Assembly: GCA_963652025.1 (NCBI GenBank)
Contig: CAVJRU010000003.1
Location: 2,168 to 66,167 of the forward strand
Length of the DNA stretch: 64,000 bases
Reading direction: 5' to 3'
Origin: a bacterium
Lineage (GTDB): Bacteria; Bacteroidota; Bacteroidia; Bacteroidales; UBA932
Shown: in pieces, positions 1 through 7,573 of the stretch
How the letters are laid out: every line of letters starts with the position of its first letter
Position numbering within the stretch: the first letter of the stretch is position 1
Notes under the pieces: generated by a model
The model's input: the letters and a program-made list of their open reading frames with translations, nothing else
What the model was told of the DNA's origin: nothing
The model's database searches: none
Program-made: the position numbers and the translations under genes

Positions 1-683
1 GCGATAATCGGCACTCCACTTCCTTCGGCTTCCTTTGCCGCGTCATAGATTGCGGAAATCTGCGGTACGCCCACTCCGGCGACCACCCTTGTCGTGCAGA
101 TTGAGCCCGGTCCGATGCCGACCTTCAGCGCATCCGCCCCGGCCTCGATAAGCCTGCGGGCTGCGGAAGCGGTGGCGATGTTTCCGACCACTACATCAAG
201 GCCCGGATATGCCGCCTTGACCTTTTTCAGAGCCTCAATCACTCCGCGGGAATCTCCGTGTGCGGAGTCAAGAACAACAGCGTCAACTCCGGCTTCAACA
301 AGAGCTGCCACCCTGTCAAGGACGTCTGCTGTGATGCCGATGCCGGCCGCAACGCGGAGTTTCCCGGCCTCGTCAACGCAAGGATTGCTGTGCCCGTCGG
401 TGGAAGCGTTCTTTACCTTTCTGACGTTGTCGGCCTGAGCCTCAATGCTCATATTCTTGTGTACGACGCTGATTCCTCCCTTCTGGGCCACTGCAATGGC
501 CATATCGGCCTCGGAAACAGTGTCCATCGCAGCTGAGACGATAGGGATGTTCAATGTGATGTTCCGTGAAAAGCGGGCTTTGGTGCTTACCTCGCGCGGA
601 AGGACCTCGGAGTAGGAGGGAACCAGAAGGACATCGTCGTATGTGAGCGCTTCTGAGTTGATTCTTTCTTGGGCAAATGACAT
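1..683 (-). CDS. guaB: IMP dehydrogenase-family protein, N-terminal 227 codons (gene runs off the left edge); no CBS/Bateman insert
   Basis: Not in the ORF track because there is no stop in the window. Reverse translation from ATG (complement 681-683) gives [32 protein letters not shown]...[66 protein letters not shown]...[22 protein letters not shown]. This includes the catalytic Cys loop [11 protein letters not shown]. Confidence 0.8.
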   Translation of the reverse strand, partial: MSFAQERINSEALTYDDVLLVPSYSEVLPREVSTKARFSRNITLNIPIVSAAMDTVSEADMAIAVAQKGGISVVHKNMSIEAQADNVRKVKNASTDGHSNPCVDEAGKLRVAAGIGITADVLDRVAALVEAGVDAVVLDSAHGDSRGVIEALKKVKAAYPGLDVVVGNIATASAARRLIEAGADALKVGIGPGSICTTRVVAGVGVPQISAIYDAAKEAEGSGVPII

Positions 684-765
684 ATCTATTATTCCTTTAT
701 ATAGTTTACAACGGAAGGGGGGAAGGCGGTCTCTATCCCCAAAGTACTGCTGCTGAAAACCCCTC

Positions 766-1659
766 TTACAGGATGTTCAGCGACTGCTCTTTGATTTTCT
801 CCAGCTCGTCCTTCATCTTGACCACGAGTTTCTGCATCTCGGTGTTGTTGCTCTTTGAACCGGTCGTGTTGATTTCGCGACCCATCTCCTGAGCTATGAA
901 ACCGAGTTTGCGGCCAGGATACTGCTCATTCTCAAGGGTCTCGAGGTAGTAGCGGCAATGCTGGCGAAGGCGGACCTTCTCCTCGTTGATGTCCAGCTTC
1001 TCTATGTAGAAAATCATCTCCTGCTCCAGGCGGTTCTGGTCAACTGCAAGCTGGAGTTCCGCAAAGCGTGAGAGGATTTTTTCGCGTATCTGTGAAATTC
1101 TTTCAGCCTCGTATTTTTCCACTTCGGCTGAGAGGGAGAGGATGCGCTCGACTTTCTCGGTCACGTCCTTTTTAAGAGCTGCGCCTTCTTTGACCCTGAA
1201 TTCAACGAGGGATGCTGTCGCCTTCTTTATGGTCTCGAAAACGCTGTCCCAGTTCTCTTCGTTTATGATTTCCTGCCTTCTGGACTGGGCACCCACGACA
1301 TTAGGCATCCTCAGAATGGATGGGAGGGAGACTGAAAAGAGCACGCTGTCAAGCGGAGCAATCTCCTGTTCGATTTCCTTGACCTGCTTGAAATAGGCGA
1401 GTACGGCTTCCTTGTCAATGGCCCCGGCGGCTTCTCCTTCATTTGGCTCGAAATTGAGGAAAAAATCAATCGTTCCTCTCTGAAGCTCCTTTGCAAGATA
1501 CTGTCTTACAGCGATTTCTTTGTCTTTTGGAAGAAGAGGGGTCTTGAGAGAGATGTCCGCAGACTTCCCGTTAACCGTTCTGATTTCAACTGTGATTTTG
1601 CCTTTTTCTGTCACAAGCTCCGCCTTTCCGTAGCCTGTCATTGACTGAAGAGATGCCAT
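766..1659 (-). CDS. yicC: YicC/YloC family stress-induced protein (endoribonuclease family)
   Basis: 297-aa ORF. N-terminus is SMTGYGKAE and C-terminus is QEMGREINTTGSKSN...KIKEQSLNIL, both typical of YicC. Confidence 0.9.
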   Translation of the reverse strand: MASLQSMTGYGKAELVTEKGKITVEIRTVNGKSADISLKTPLLPKDKEIAVRQYLAKELQRGTIDFFLNFEPNEGEAAGAIDKEAVLAYFKQVKEIEQEIAPLDSVLFSVSLPSILRMPNVVGAQSRRQEIINEENWDSVFETIKKATASLVEFRVKEGAALKKDVTEKVERILSLSAEVEKYEAERISQIREKILSRFAELQLAVDQNRLEQEMIFYIEKLDINEEKVRLRQHCRYYLETLENEQYPGRKLGFIAQEMGREINTTGSKSNNTEMQKLVVKMKDELEKIKEQSLNIL

Positions 1660-1708
1660 AGCGATTTACCTTTTTGTTAAAAGTGGCGCAAAAGTAGTAA
1701 AAATCCGC

Positions 1709-1716
1709 TATATTTG
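1709..1716 (+). promoter_or_regulatory. Bacteroidetes -7 promoter box TATATTTG upstream of glnS
   Basis: Matches the TAnnTTTG consensus. It lies about 135 nt upstream of the glnS ATG, implying a long leader. Confidence 0.35.
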
Positions 1717-1851
1717 TGGCTTGTTTCGGGATATATTTTCCATCAAATTTAATGTGTCGCTTAATTTGGCACCGGATGGAAAAGCATTCTGAAGAGGCAG
1801 CGCCGGATATAACCGGTTTTATGATAAATTGATAATCAAAAAAAATTATAT

Positions 1852-3528
1852 ATGGAAGAGAACGTAAAAACGACCGAGGCAGCTGAAGGCAAGAGTCTTA
1901 ATTTTTTGGAAGAAATCATTGAGGCAGACCTTGCGGCAGGAAAGTTTGACAGCATAATCACCCGTTTCCCGCCGGAGCCGAACGGCTATCTTCACATCGG
2001 CCACGCTAAGAGCATCTGCACCAACTTCGGACTCGCTCAGAAATATGGCGGAAAAACCAACCTCCGTTTCGATGACACCAACCCTGTAAAAGAGGATACC
2101 GAATATGTGGACTCTATCAAGGAGGACATCAAATGGCTCGGATTCCAGTGGGCCGAGGAAAGGTACGCTTCCGACTATTTCGACCAGCTCTACGAGTGGG
2201 CCGAGGAGCTCATCAAAAAGGGCCTCGCATACGTCGACGACCAGAGTCAGGAGGAAATCCGCATCGGCAGGGGAACTGTGAACGAGCCGGGTAAGAACAG
2301 CCCTTACAGAGACCGCAGCATTGAGGAAAACCTTCGCCTTTTCAGGGAAATGAGGGACGGAAAATATGCCGACGGAGAGAAAGTCCTCAGGGCCAAGATT
2401 GATATGTCGAGCAAGAATATGATGTTCCGTGACCCGATTATGTACCGAATCGTTCACGCGAATCACCACCGCACGGGCGACAAATGGTGCATCTACCCTA
2501 TGTACGACTACACCCACGGCCAGTGCGACTCCATCGAGCACATTACCCACTCCATCTGCACCCTCGAGTTCGACGTTCACCGTCCTCTGTACGACTGGTT
2601 CATCCAGCAGCTTGGGATTTACCCTTCCCATCAGTACGAGTTCGCCCGCCTGAACCTCACCTACACCGTGATGAGCAAGCGTAAACTCCTCGAACTTGTC
2701 CGCAACAACTTCGTAAGCGGCTGGGATGACCCTCGTATGCCGACCATCTGCGGAATCCGCCGCCGTGGCTACACTCCGGAGGCCATTAAGATGTTCGTAG
2801 AGAAAGTGGGACTTGCCAAGAGAGAGCAGCTCATCGACCTCCAGCTTATGGAATGGTGCGTTCGTCAGGACCTTAACGAAAGGTCAAACCGATATATGTG
2901 TGTCCAGGACCCTGTGAAGCTCACCATCACGAACTGGGAAGAGGGCAAGGTAGAGTGGTTCGACGCTCCGCTCAACCCTGCGGCTCCTGAAGGTCCTTCA
3001 CGCAAGGTTCCTTTCACCGGAGAACTCCTCATCGACAGGGCCGACTTTATGGAGGATGCTCCTAAGAAATACTTCCGTCTCAAACCTGACGGCGAGGTTC
3101 GTCTTAAATATACCTACATCATCAAGTGCAACGAGGTCGTGAAGGACGCGGAAGGAAATGTCGTTGAGCTCCGCTGCACTTACGACCCTTCAACCCGCCC
3201 GGGAAGCGGCGAATGGAGGTCTGTCAAAGGCACTATCCACTGGGTGAGCGCAGCCCACGCCAAGGAACTTGAACTCCGTCTTTACGACAAACTCTTCACA
3301 GAGCCTGAGATGGGATCAATCCCTGAGGGCAAGGACTACAAGGAGTACTTGAATCCGGATTCTCTGAAGATTGCAAAGGGTTATGCCGAGCCGGCTCTTC
3401 TTGAGGACAATTCCGGCCTTGCAGTGCAGTTCGAAAGAGTTGGCTACTTCTTCAAAGACCCTGACAGCACTCCGGAGAAGCCTGTCTTCAACAAGACAAC
3501 TGCCCTTAAGGATTCCTTTAAGTTTTAA
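1852..3528 (+). CDS. glnS: Glutamine--tRNA ligase
   Basis: 558 aa. Class I motifs HIGHAKS and VMSKRKL are present, and the N-terminus NFLEEIIEADL...RFPPEPNGYLHIGH is typical of GlnRS. Confidence 0.95.
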   Translation: MEENVKTTEAAEGKSLNFLEEIIEADLAAGKFDSIITRFPPEPNGYLHIGHAKSICTNFGLAQKYGGKTNLRFDDTNPVKEDTEYVDSIKEDIKWLGFQWAEERYASDYFDQLYEWAEELIKKGLAYVDDQSQEEIRIGRGTVNEPGKNSPYRDRSIEENLRLFREMRDGKYADGEKVLRAKIDMSSKNMMFRDPIMYRIVHANHHRTGDKWCIYPMYDYTHGQCDSIEHITHSICTLEFDVHRPLYDWFIQQLGIYPSHQYEFARLNLTYTVMSKRKLLELVRNNFVSGWDDPRMPTICGIRRRGYTPEAIKMFVEKVGLAKREQLIDLQLMEWCVRQDLNERSNRYMCVQDPVKLTITNWEEGKVEWFDAPLNPAAPEGPSRKVPFTGELLIDRADFMEDAPKKYFRLKPDGEVRLKYTYIIKCNEVVKDAEGNVVELRCTYDPSTRPGSGEWRSVKGTIHWVSAAHAKELELRLYDKLFTEPEMGSIPEGKDYKEYLNPDSLKIAKGYAEPALLEDNSGLAVQFERVGYFFKDPDSTPEKPVFNKTTALKDSFKF

Positions 3529-3600
3529 TCAGGAGTCAATGGGAAGCGGAATGCTGCGTTGCGCTCCACCTGCTTCTTGATTCTTTGCAACTATGTTTGT

Positions 3601-4509
3601 ATGAAAAAATCAGCTCGGAGGTTCTTCGCTTCTTTGCGGGAGCGGCGTCTTACGATGAGGATGAAATTCATTCTCAGTATGTGTTCGATTGCCGTAATCC
3701 TGCTGCTTTCCAGCGTCATTTCCATTTTGGAATATAGGAGAATGAGCAACTATGTCTCCGACCTGATTGCATCGAACATCAAGTGTCTGAACATTTCGGC
3801 GAAACTTGCTGACATCACCGACAATTACAATATGGAGGTGCTCTCGGTCATCGGCGACGAGACTTCCAATGTCCTGCCAGAGTTCGACAGGGAGCTTTTC
3901 TACCTCCAGTGCGACACTCTCAAGCAGTCGATGACTTCCAGAAAAACTCTTGCGGTAGCGGACTCGGTCTCACAAGCCTATTCGGACTATATGCTCACTT
4001 CATACGAGCTGGAAAATGTGATTTCATCCGCGTTCATCGACTCAAGGGAATGGTATTTTACGCGTCTGCAACCGAGTTTCAACCGGCTTCACGCGATGCT
4101 CGACCTTCTGAACGAGTCCATCTACTCGTCCCTTCGTGCCAATTCAGAGACTTTCCAGGCAAGTTTTTACCGAAGCATCGTCCCGGGAGTCGTCTCAGTT
4201 GCTGCAGGACTTCTTCTGGTTGTGCTTCTTCTGTTTTTCTTCCTCTCCTATTTCGTTGACCCCGTTTCCAAAATGGGCACAGGAGTGGCTGTTTACAGGT
4301 CCACCGGAAAGAAATACACCTGCAATTTTGACGGTGACGACGACCTCGCCGCGCTTAACGAGAACATTGCGGAAATCACGGAAGAGAATGTGGAATTGAA
4401 GAGGCGTCTGAAAATTTTCAAGTCGAAAATTAACTCAGACGGCAACGCAGGACCAAAATCTGCAGAATCTCAGCGTGACTCATCCCCGGATGAGACACCG
4501 GTTAACTGA
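3601..4509 (+). CDS. Hypothetical two-TM membrane protein with a helical (4-helix-bundle-sensor-like) periplasmic region and a coiled-coil tail
   Basis: The ORF track entry 3559..4509 starts at TTG. The first ATG is at 3601 (MKKSARRFF) and an alternative is at 3655 (MRMKFILSM). TM helices are SIAVILLLSSVISIL and VVSVAAGLLLVVLLLFFFLSYF. I recognise no enzymatic output domain. Confidence 0.5.
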   Translation: MKKSARRFFASLRERRLTMRMKFILSMCSIAVILLLSSVISILEYRRMSNYVSDLIASNIKCLNISAKLADITDNYNMEVLSVIGDETSNVLPEFDRELFYLQCDTLKQSMTSRKTLAVADSVSQAYSDYMLTSYELENVISSAFIDSREWYFTRLQPSFNRLHAMLDLLNESIYSSLRANSETFQASFYRSIVPGVVSVAAGLLLVVLLLFFFLSYFVDPVSKMGTGVAVYRSTGKKYTCNFDGDDDLAALNENIAEITEENVELKRRLKIFKSKINSDGNAGPKSAESQRDSSPDETPVN

Positions 4510-4519
4510 CCAGCAGGCG

Positions 4520-5968
4520 ATGAATATCAAGGTCATATCGGTTAACGTAGGCAAGGCACTCCTCGTGAGCGCCCTGTTTATGTTTTTCTCTGTCCTTGTC
4601 TCGCTCGTAAACGGAATGGACTCGGCGTTCGGCCCGCTTGCAATCAGCTGTCTCGTTACATTCATTGTCGGAGCGTTCCCTTTCATTTTCGTGAGGAAAA
4701 CTCCAAGCATAACGATGGGAGACGGCTATCTCATCATTTTCATCTCCTGGATTCTTTCCTTCATTTTCGGAATGCTTCCCTACATCCTCTGGGGAGGGGA
4801 GTTCTCGCTCGTAAATGCCTGGTATGAATCGGTTTCCGGGTTCACGACCACGGGCTCTTCCATTGTCCGGGACCTTGACGCCCTTCCAAAGAGCCTTCTT
4901 TTCTGGAGGTCTTCCACCCATTTCATCGGAGGACTCGGAGTCATCGTTTTCCTGCTTCTGGTGCTTCCGGAGGCGAGTCCGTTCCGTCTGAAGATGACGA
5001 ACCTTGAGATATCTTCGCTTTCCAAGGAGGGCTACCGCTACCGTTCTTCCCGCACCGTCTGGATTATCTGCCTTGTCTATATCAGTCTTGCTGTTGTGGA
5101 GACCCTTGCTCTTTGGGCTGCCGGGATGAGCCTTTTCGATGCCATAAACCATTCGTTCAGCACCGTTGCAACCGGCGGATTCAGCACCCGCAACGCTTCC
5201 ATCGCCTATTACGACTCCCGTCTTATCGAGTTTATCGTTATGTTCTTTATGCTGATAAGCGCGATGCACTTCGGAGTCCTTTTCACCTTCGTCACCACCG
5301 GTTCGTTCAAAGTTTTCCGAAACCCGGTTGTGAGGTTTTATCTCGCGACTATCCTTGTGGGGACAGTAATCGTAAGCGCTTCGCTGTACATCGAAAATGG
5401 TACCGAAAATGGTGCTAAGACTCTTTTGGACAGCGCGTTCCAGGTTATAAGCATAATTACTACCACGGGACTTCAATCCACAGACAATTCCGCCTATCCG
5501 GCAATGGCTTCGATGATTCTGGTGTATTGCGGTCTTCAGTGCGGATGCTCCGGGTCCACAACCGGAGGCCTCAAAACAGATAGGGTCCTTATTGCAATCA
5601 AAGCTGCAGGATGCGAAGTCAAAAGACGTCTCCACCCAAATTCTGTTTTCCCTGTAAGGGTAGGAAGTCACCTCCTGAGCGATTCTTCGGTAAGTTCCGT
5701 TCTGATGTATATCTCGGTCTACCTCCTCCTCCTTGTCCTTGCAACGGCTTCTTTCATCGCAACCGGTCTGGGAGGCCCTGAGGCAGCGTCGGTCGCCATC
5801 GCAAGTCTTGGAAATGTGGGAGTCAACACCATCTCCGGCTGCGAATGTTTTGCAGACCTTCCTCTTGCGGCGAAACTCATTTCAACTCTCAATATGTTCC
5901 TCGGCCGTGTGGAAATATATCCTGCCCTGATTGTTTTCTATATGATTTTTCATCCCAACGCTAAATGA
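4520..5968 (+). CDS. trkH: TrkH/KtrB-family potassium uptake membrane protein
   Basis: Polytopic membrane ORF with repeated TTGxS/ATGGFS/TTTGLQ/STTGGLK selectivity-filter-like motifs. I place the start at MNIKVISVNVGKA (ATG 4520) rather than the track start at 4475. Confidence 0.85.
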   Translation: MNIKVISVNVGKALLVSALFMFFSVLVSLVNGMDSAFGPLAISCLVTFIVGAFPFIFVRKTPSITMGDGYLIIFISWILSFIFGMLPYILWGGEFSLVNAWYESVSGFTTTGSSIVRDLDALPKSLLFWRSSTHFIGGLGVIVFLLLVLPEASPFRLKMTNLEISSLSKEGYRYRSSRTVWIICLVYISLAVVETLALWAAGMSLFDAINHSFSTVATGGFSTRNASIAYYDSRLIEFIVMFFMLISAMHFGVLFTFVTTGSFKVFRNPVVRFYLATILVGTVIVSASLYIENGTENGAKTLLDSAFQVISIITTTGLQSTDNSAYPAMASMILVYCGLQCGCSGSTTGGLKTDRVLIAIKAAGCEVKRRLHPNSVFPVRVGSHLLSDSSVSSVLMYISVYLLLLVLATASFIATGLGGPEAASVAIASLGNVGVNTISGCECFADLPLAAKLISTLNMFLGRVEIYPALIVFYMIFHPNAK

Positions 5969-5981
5969 CGGGAAAGGTTGA

Positions 5982-7436
5982 ATGATTATGGCACAGGCAG
6001 ATTTTCTTTATGACGGTTTTCGCTCACATCTGAGTTTTGCTCCGACCCCCTGTCAGGACAATTTGTTTCGGATGGTTTCTGAATTCGCTGGCGGAGATGA
6101 CGACATTCTGGTCGTGAACGGCTATGCCGGAACCGGAAAAACTACGGCGGTTTCGGCTGTGGTCAGCACTTTCAACGAATTGAAAATCAAAACGGTGCTT
6201 CTCGCTCCGACGGGACGTGCAGCGAAAGTTCTTTCGAATTATGCGTCTCGTCCTGCCTACACCATCCATAAGCATATCTATCGCCAAAAAAGTGTCGCCG
6301 GAGACGGCTTCGGACAGTTTTCTCTCGCTCCTAATAAGGACAGGGACACGCTTTTTGTCGTGGACGAGGTTTCGCTCATCGGCATTGACGGTGGAGCCGC
6401 GGAACAGGGCCGGGCGGCTTTCGGTACGGGAAACCTTCTTGACGACCTTGTTAGTTTCGTCCGTAGCGGAGTGAATTGCAAGGTTATTCTTGTCGGGGAT
6501 GCCGCGCAGCTCCCGCCGGTCGGGATGGACTGCAGTCCGGCACTTTCCCGAGAGTATATGGCTATGATGGGAGGCACACTTTTCTGCACTCTCACCACCG
6601 TCGTGCGTCAGGGCGGTGAGTCTGGAATACTTGCAAACGCAACCCGTCTGAGGGAGATGATTACTTCCTCTGAATATGGAGGGGATATGTTCGAGTATGA
6701 GGAAGTGGGGCTCAATGTGAAGGATTTTACGGATATATCAAGGATTACCGGAGGGGAACTCATAGAGGCTCTTACGGACGCATATTCGAAGTACGGAGAG
6801 GATGAAACGGTGATTCTTTGCCGCTCGAACAAGCGGGCTGTGAAATACAATATGGGCGTGAGGGGAATGGTGCAGTTTAAGGAGGACAGACTGGTGAGAG
6901 GGGATAAACTGATGATTGTTAAAAACTGCTACCAGTTCTGCAATGACCTTGAGGGGGTGGATTACATCGCGAACGGTGACATTGCGAAACTTCTCCGAAT
7001 TTCCGGTTTTGAAGACCGTTACGGGCTGCATTTTGCTTCCGCACGTCTGCTTCTTCCCGATTACGGCGACCAGGAGTTTACGGCGAAGGTCATCCTTGAC
7101 ACTCTCGATTCCGAGTCCGCTTCGCTTACCTTTGAGCAGCAGAATCAGCTCTACGCGGGCGTGGATGCGGATTATTCGCACATTACGACCAAGCGCAAGA
7201 GGTGGGAGGCGGTTCGCGAGGACCCCTACTACAATGCCCTCCAGCTCAAATACGCCGAGGCGCTCACCTGCCACAAGTCTCAGGGCGGACAATGGAAGTG
7301 CGTCTTCGTTGATAATGCTTTCTGGCAGGATGGACTTTCAACAGAGGACCTCAAGTGGCTCTACACGGCGCTCACCCGTGCGGTCGAGAGGGTGTACCTT
7401 GTTAATTTTAAAGATGAAATGTTTATAAAAGGATAG
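5982..7436 (+). CDS. SF1 DNA helicase, RecD/Pif1/Dda-like (AAA_30 plus UvrD_C_2 type)
   Basis: 484 aa. Walker A is GYAGTGKTT, Walker B is LFVVDEVSLI, and the C-terminal motif LTCHKSQGGQW is typical of the RecD-like helicase C-terminus. Confidence 0.75.
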   Translation: MIMAQADFLYDGFRSHLSFAPTPCQDNLFRMVSEFAGGDDDILVVNGYAGTGKTTAVSAVVSTFNELKIKTVLLAPTGRAAKVLSNYASRPAYTIHKHIYRQKSVAGDGFGQFSLAPNKDRDTLFVVDEVSLIGIDGGAAEQGRAAFGTGNLLDDLVSFVRSGVNCKVILVGDAAQLPPVGMDCSPALSREYMAMMGGTLFCTLTTVVRQGGESGILANATRLREMITSSEYGGDMFEYEEVGLNVKDFTDISRITGGELIEALTDAYSKYGEDETVILCRSNKRAVKYNMGVRGMVQFKEDRLVRGDKLMIVKNCYQFCNDLEGVDYIANGDIAKLLRISGFEDRYGLHFASARLLLPDYGDQEFTAKVILDTLDSESASLTFEQQNQLYAGVDADYSHITTKRKRWEAVREDPYYNALQLKYAEALTCHKSQGGQWKCVFVDNAFWQDGLSTEDLKWLYTALTRAVERVYLVNFKDEMFIKG

Positions 7437-7553
7437 GGTGAGTAGGGAGCACGTGCTGTGGCCACCCTCGGCCTCATAAGAGGGAGGGGCCCAAGCGAAG
7501 CTTGGGAGGGGTCTTGCGCAAGCAAGACGCTAAGTGCCCCACTCATCCTATCC
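7431..7553. repeat. ~123-bp structured intergenic element C, closed by a 17-bp imperfect inverted repeat
   Basis: GGATAGGGTGAGTAGGG (7431-7447) pairs with CCCCACTCATCCTATCC (7537-7553). Internal hairpins are AGCACGTGCT, CCCAAGC-GAA-GCTTGGG and GTCTTGC-GCAA-GCAAGAC. The left arm contains the helicase stop codon. The 3' module GCAAGACGCTAAG resembles elements A and B. Confidence 0.5.
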
Positions 7554-7573
7554 GCTCATAATACTTCGAGATA

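Noticed and set aside
1717-1851. A long glnS leader with a ~55-nt hairpin (TTTTCCATC...GATGGAAAA, about 1743-1797) and a weak CCGG-ATATAA-CCGG plus T hairpin, considered as a possible T-box or attenuator.
   Set aside because: There is no T-box specifier or T-box sequence features, and T-boxes are not expected in Bacteroidota. The second hairpin is too weak (4 bp) to call a terminator. I leave it as an unexplained leader only.
1846-2631. Long antisense ORFs inside clearly assigned genes. Examples are 1846..2631(-) in glnS, 4502..5671(-) in trkH, 6738..7292(-) in the helicase, 9002..9760(-) in the peptidase, 20789..21589(+) opposite mtaD, 22477..23409(-) opposite rny, 37322..38056(+) opposite glpA, 55148..56113(+) opposite COG0523, and 63329..63979(-) opposite the lipoprotein.
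   Set aside because: Each lies fully within a gene whose product has strong family motifs on the other strand. Their translations are low-complexity or Arg/Ser/Pro-rich with no motifs. They are typical shadow ORFs of moderately GC-rich coding DNA.
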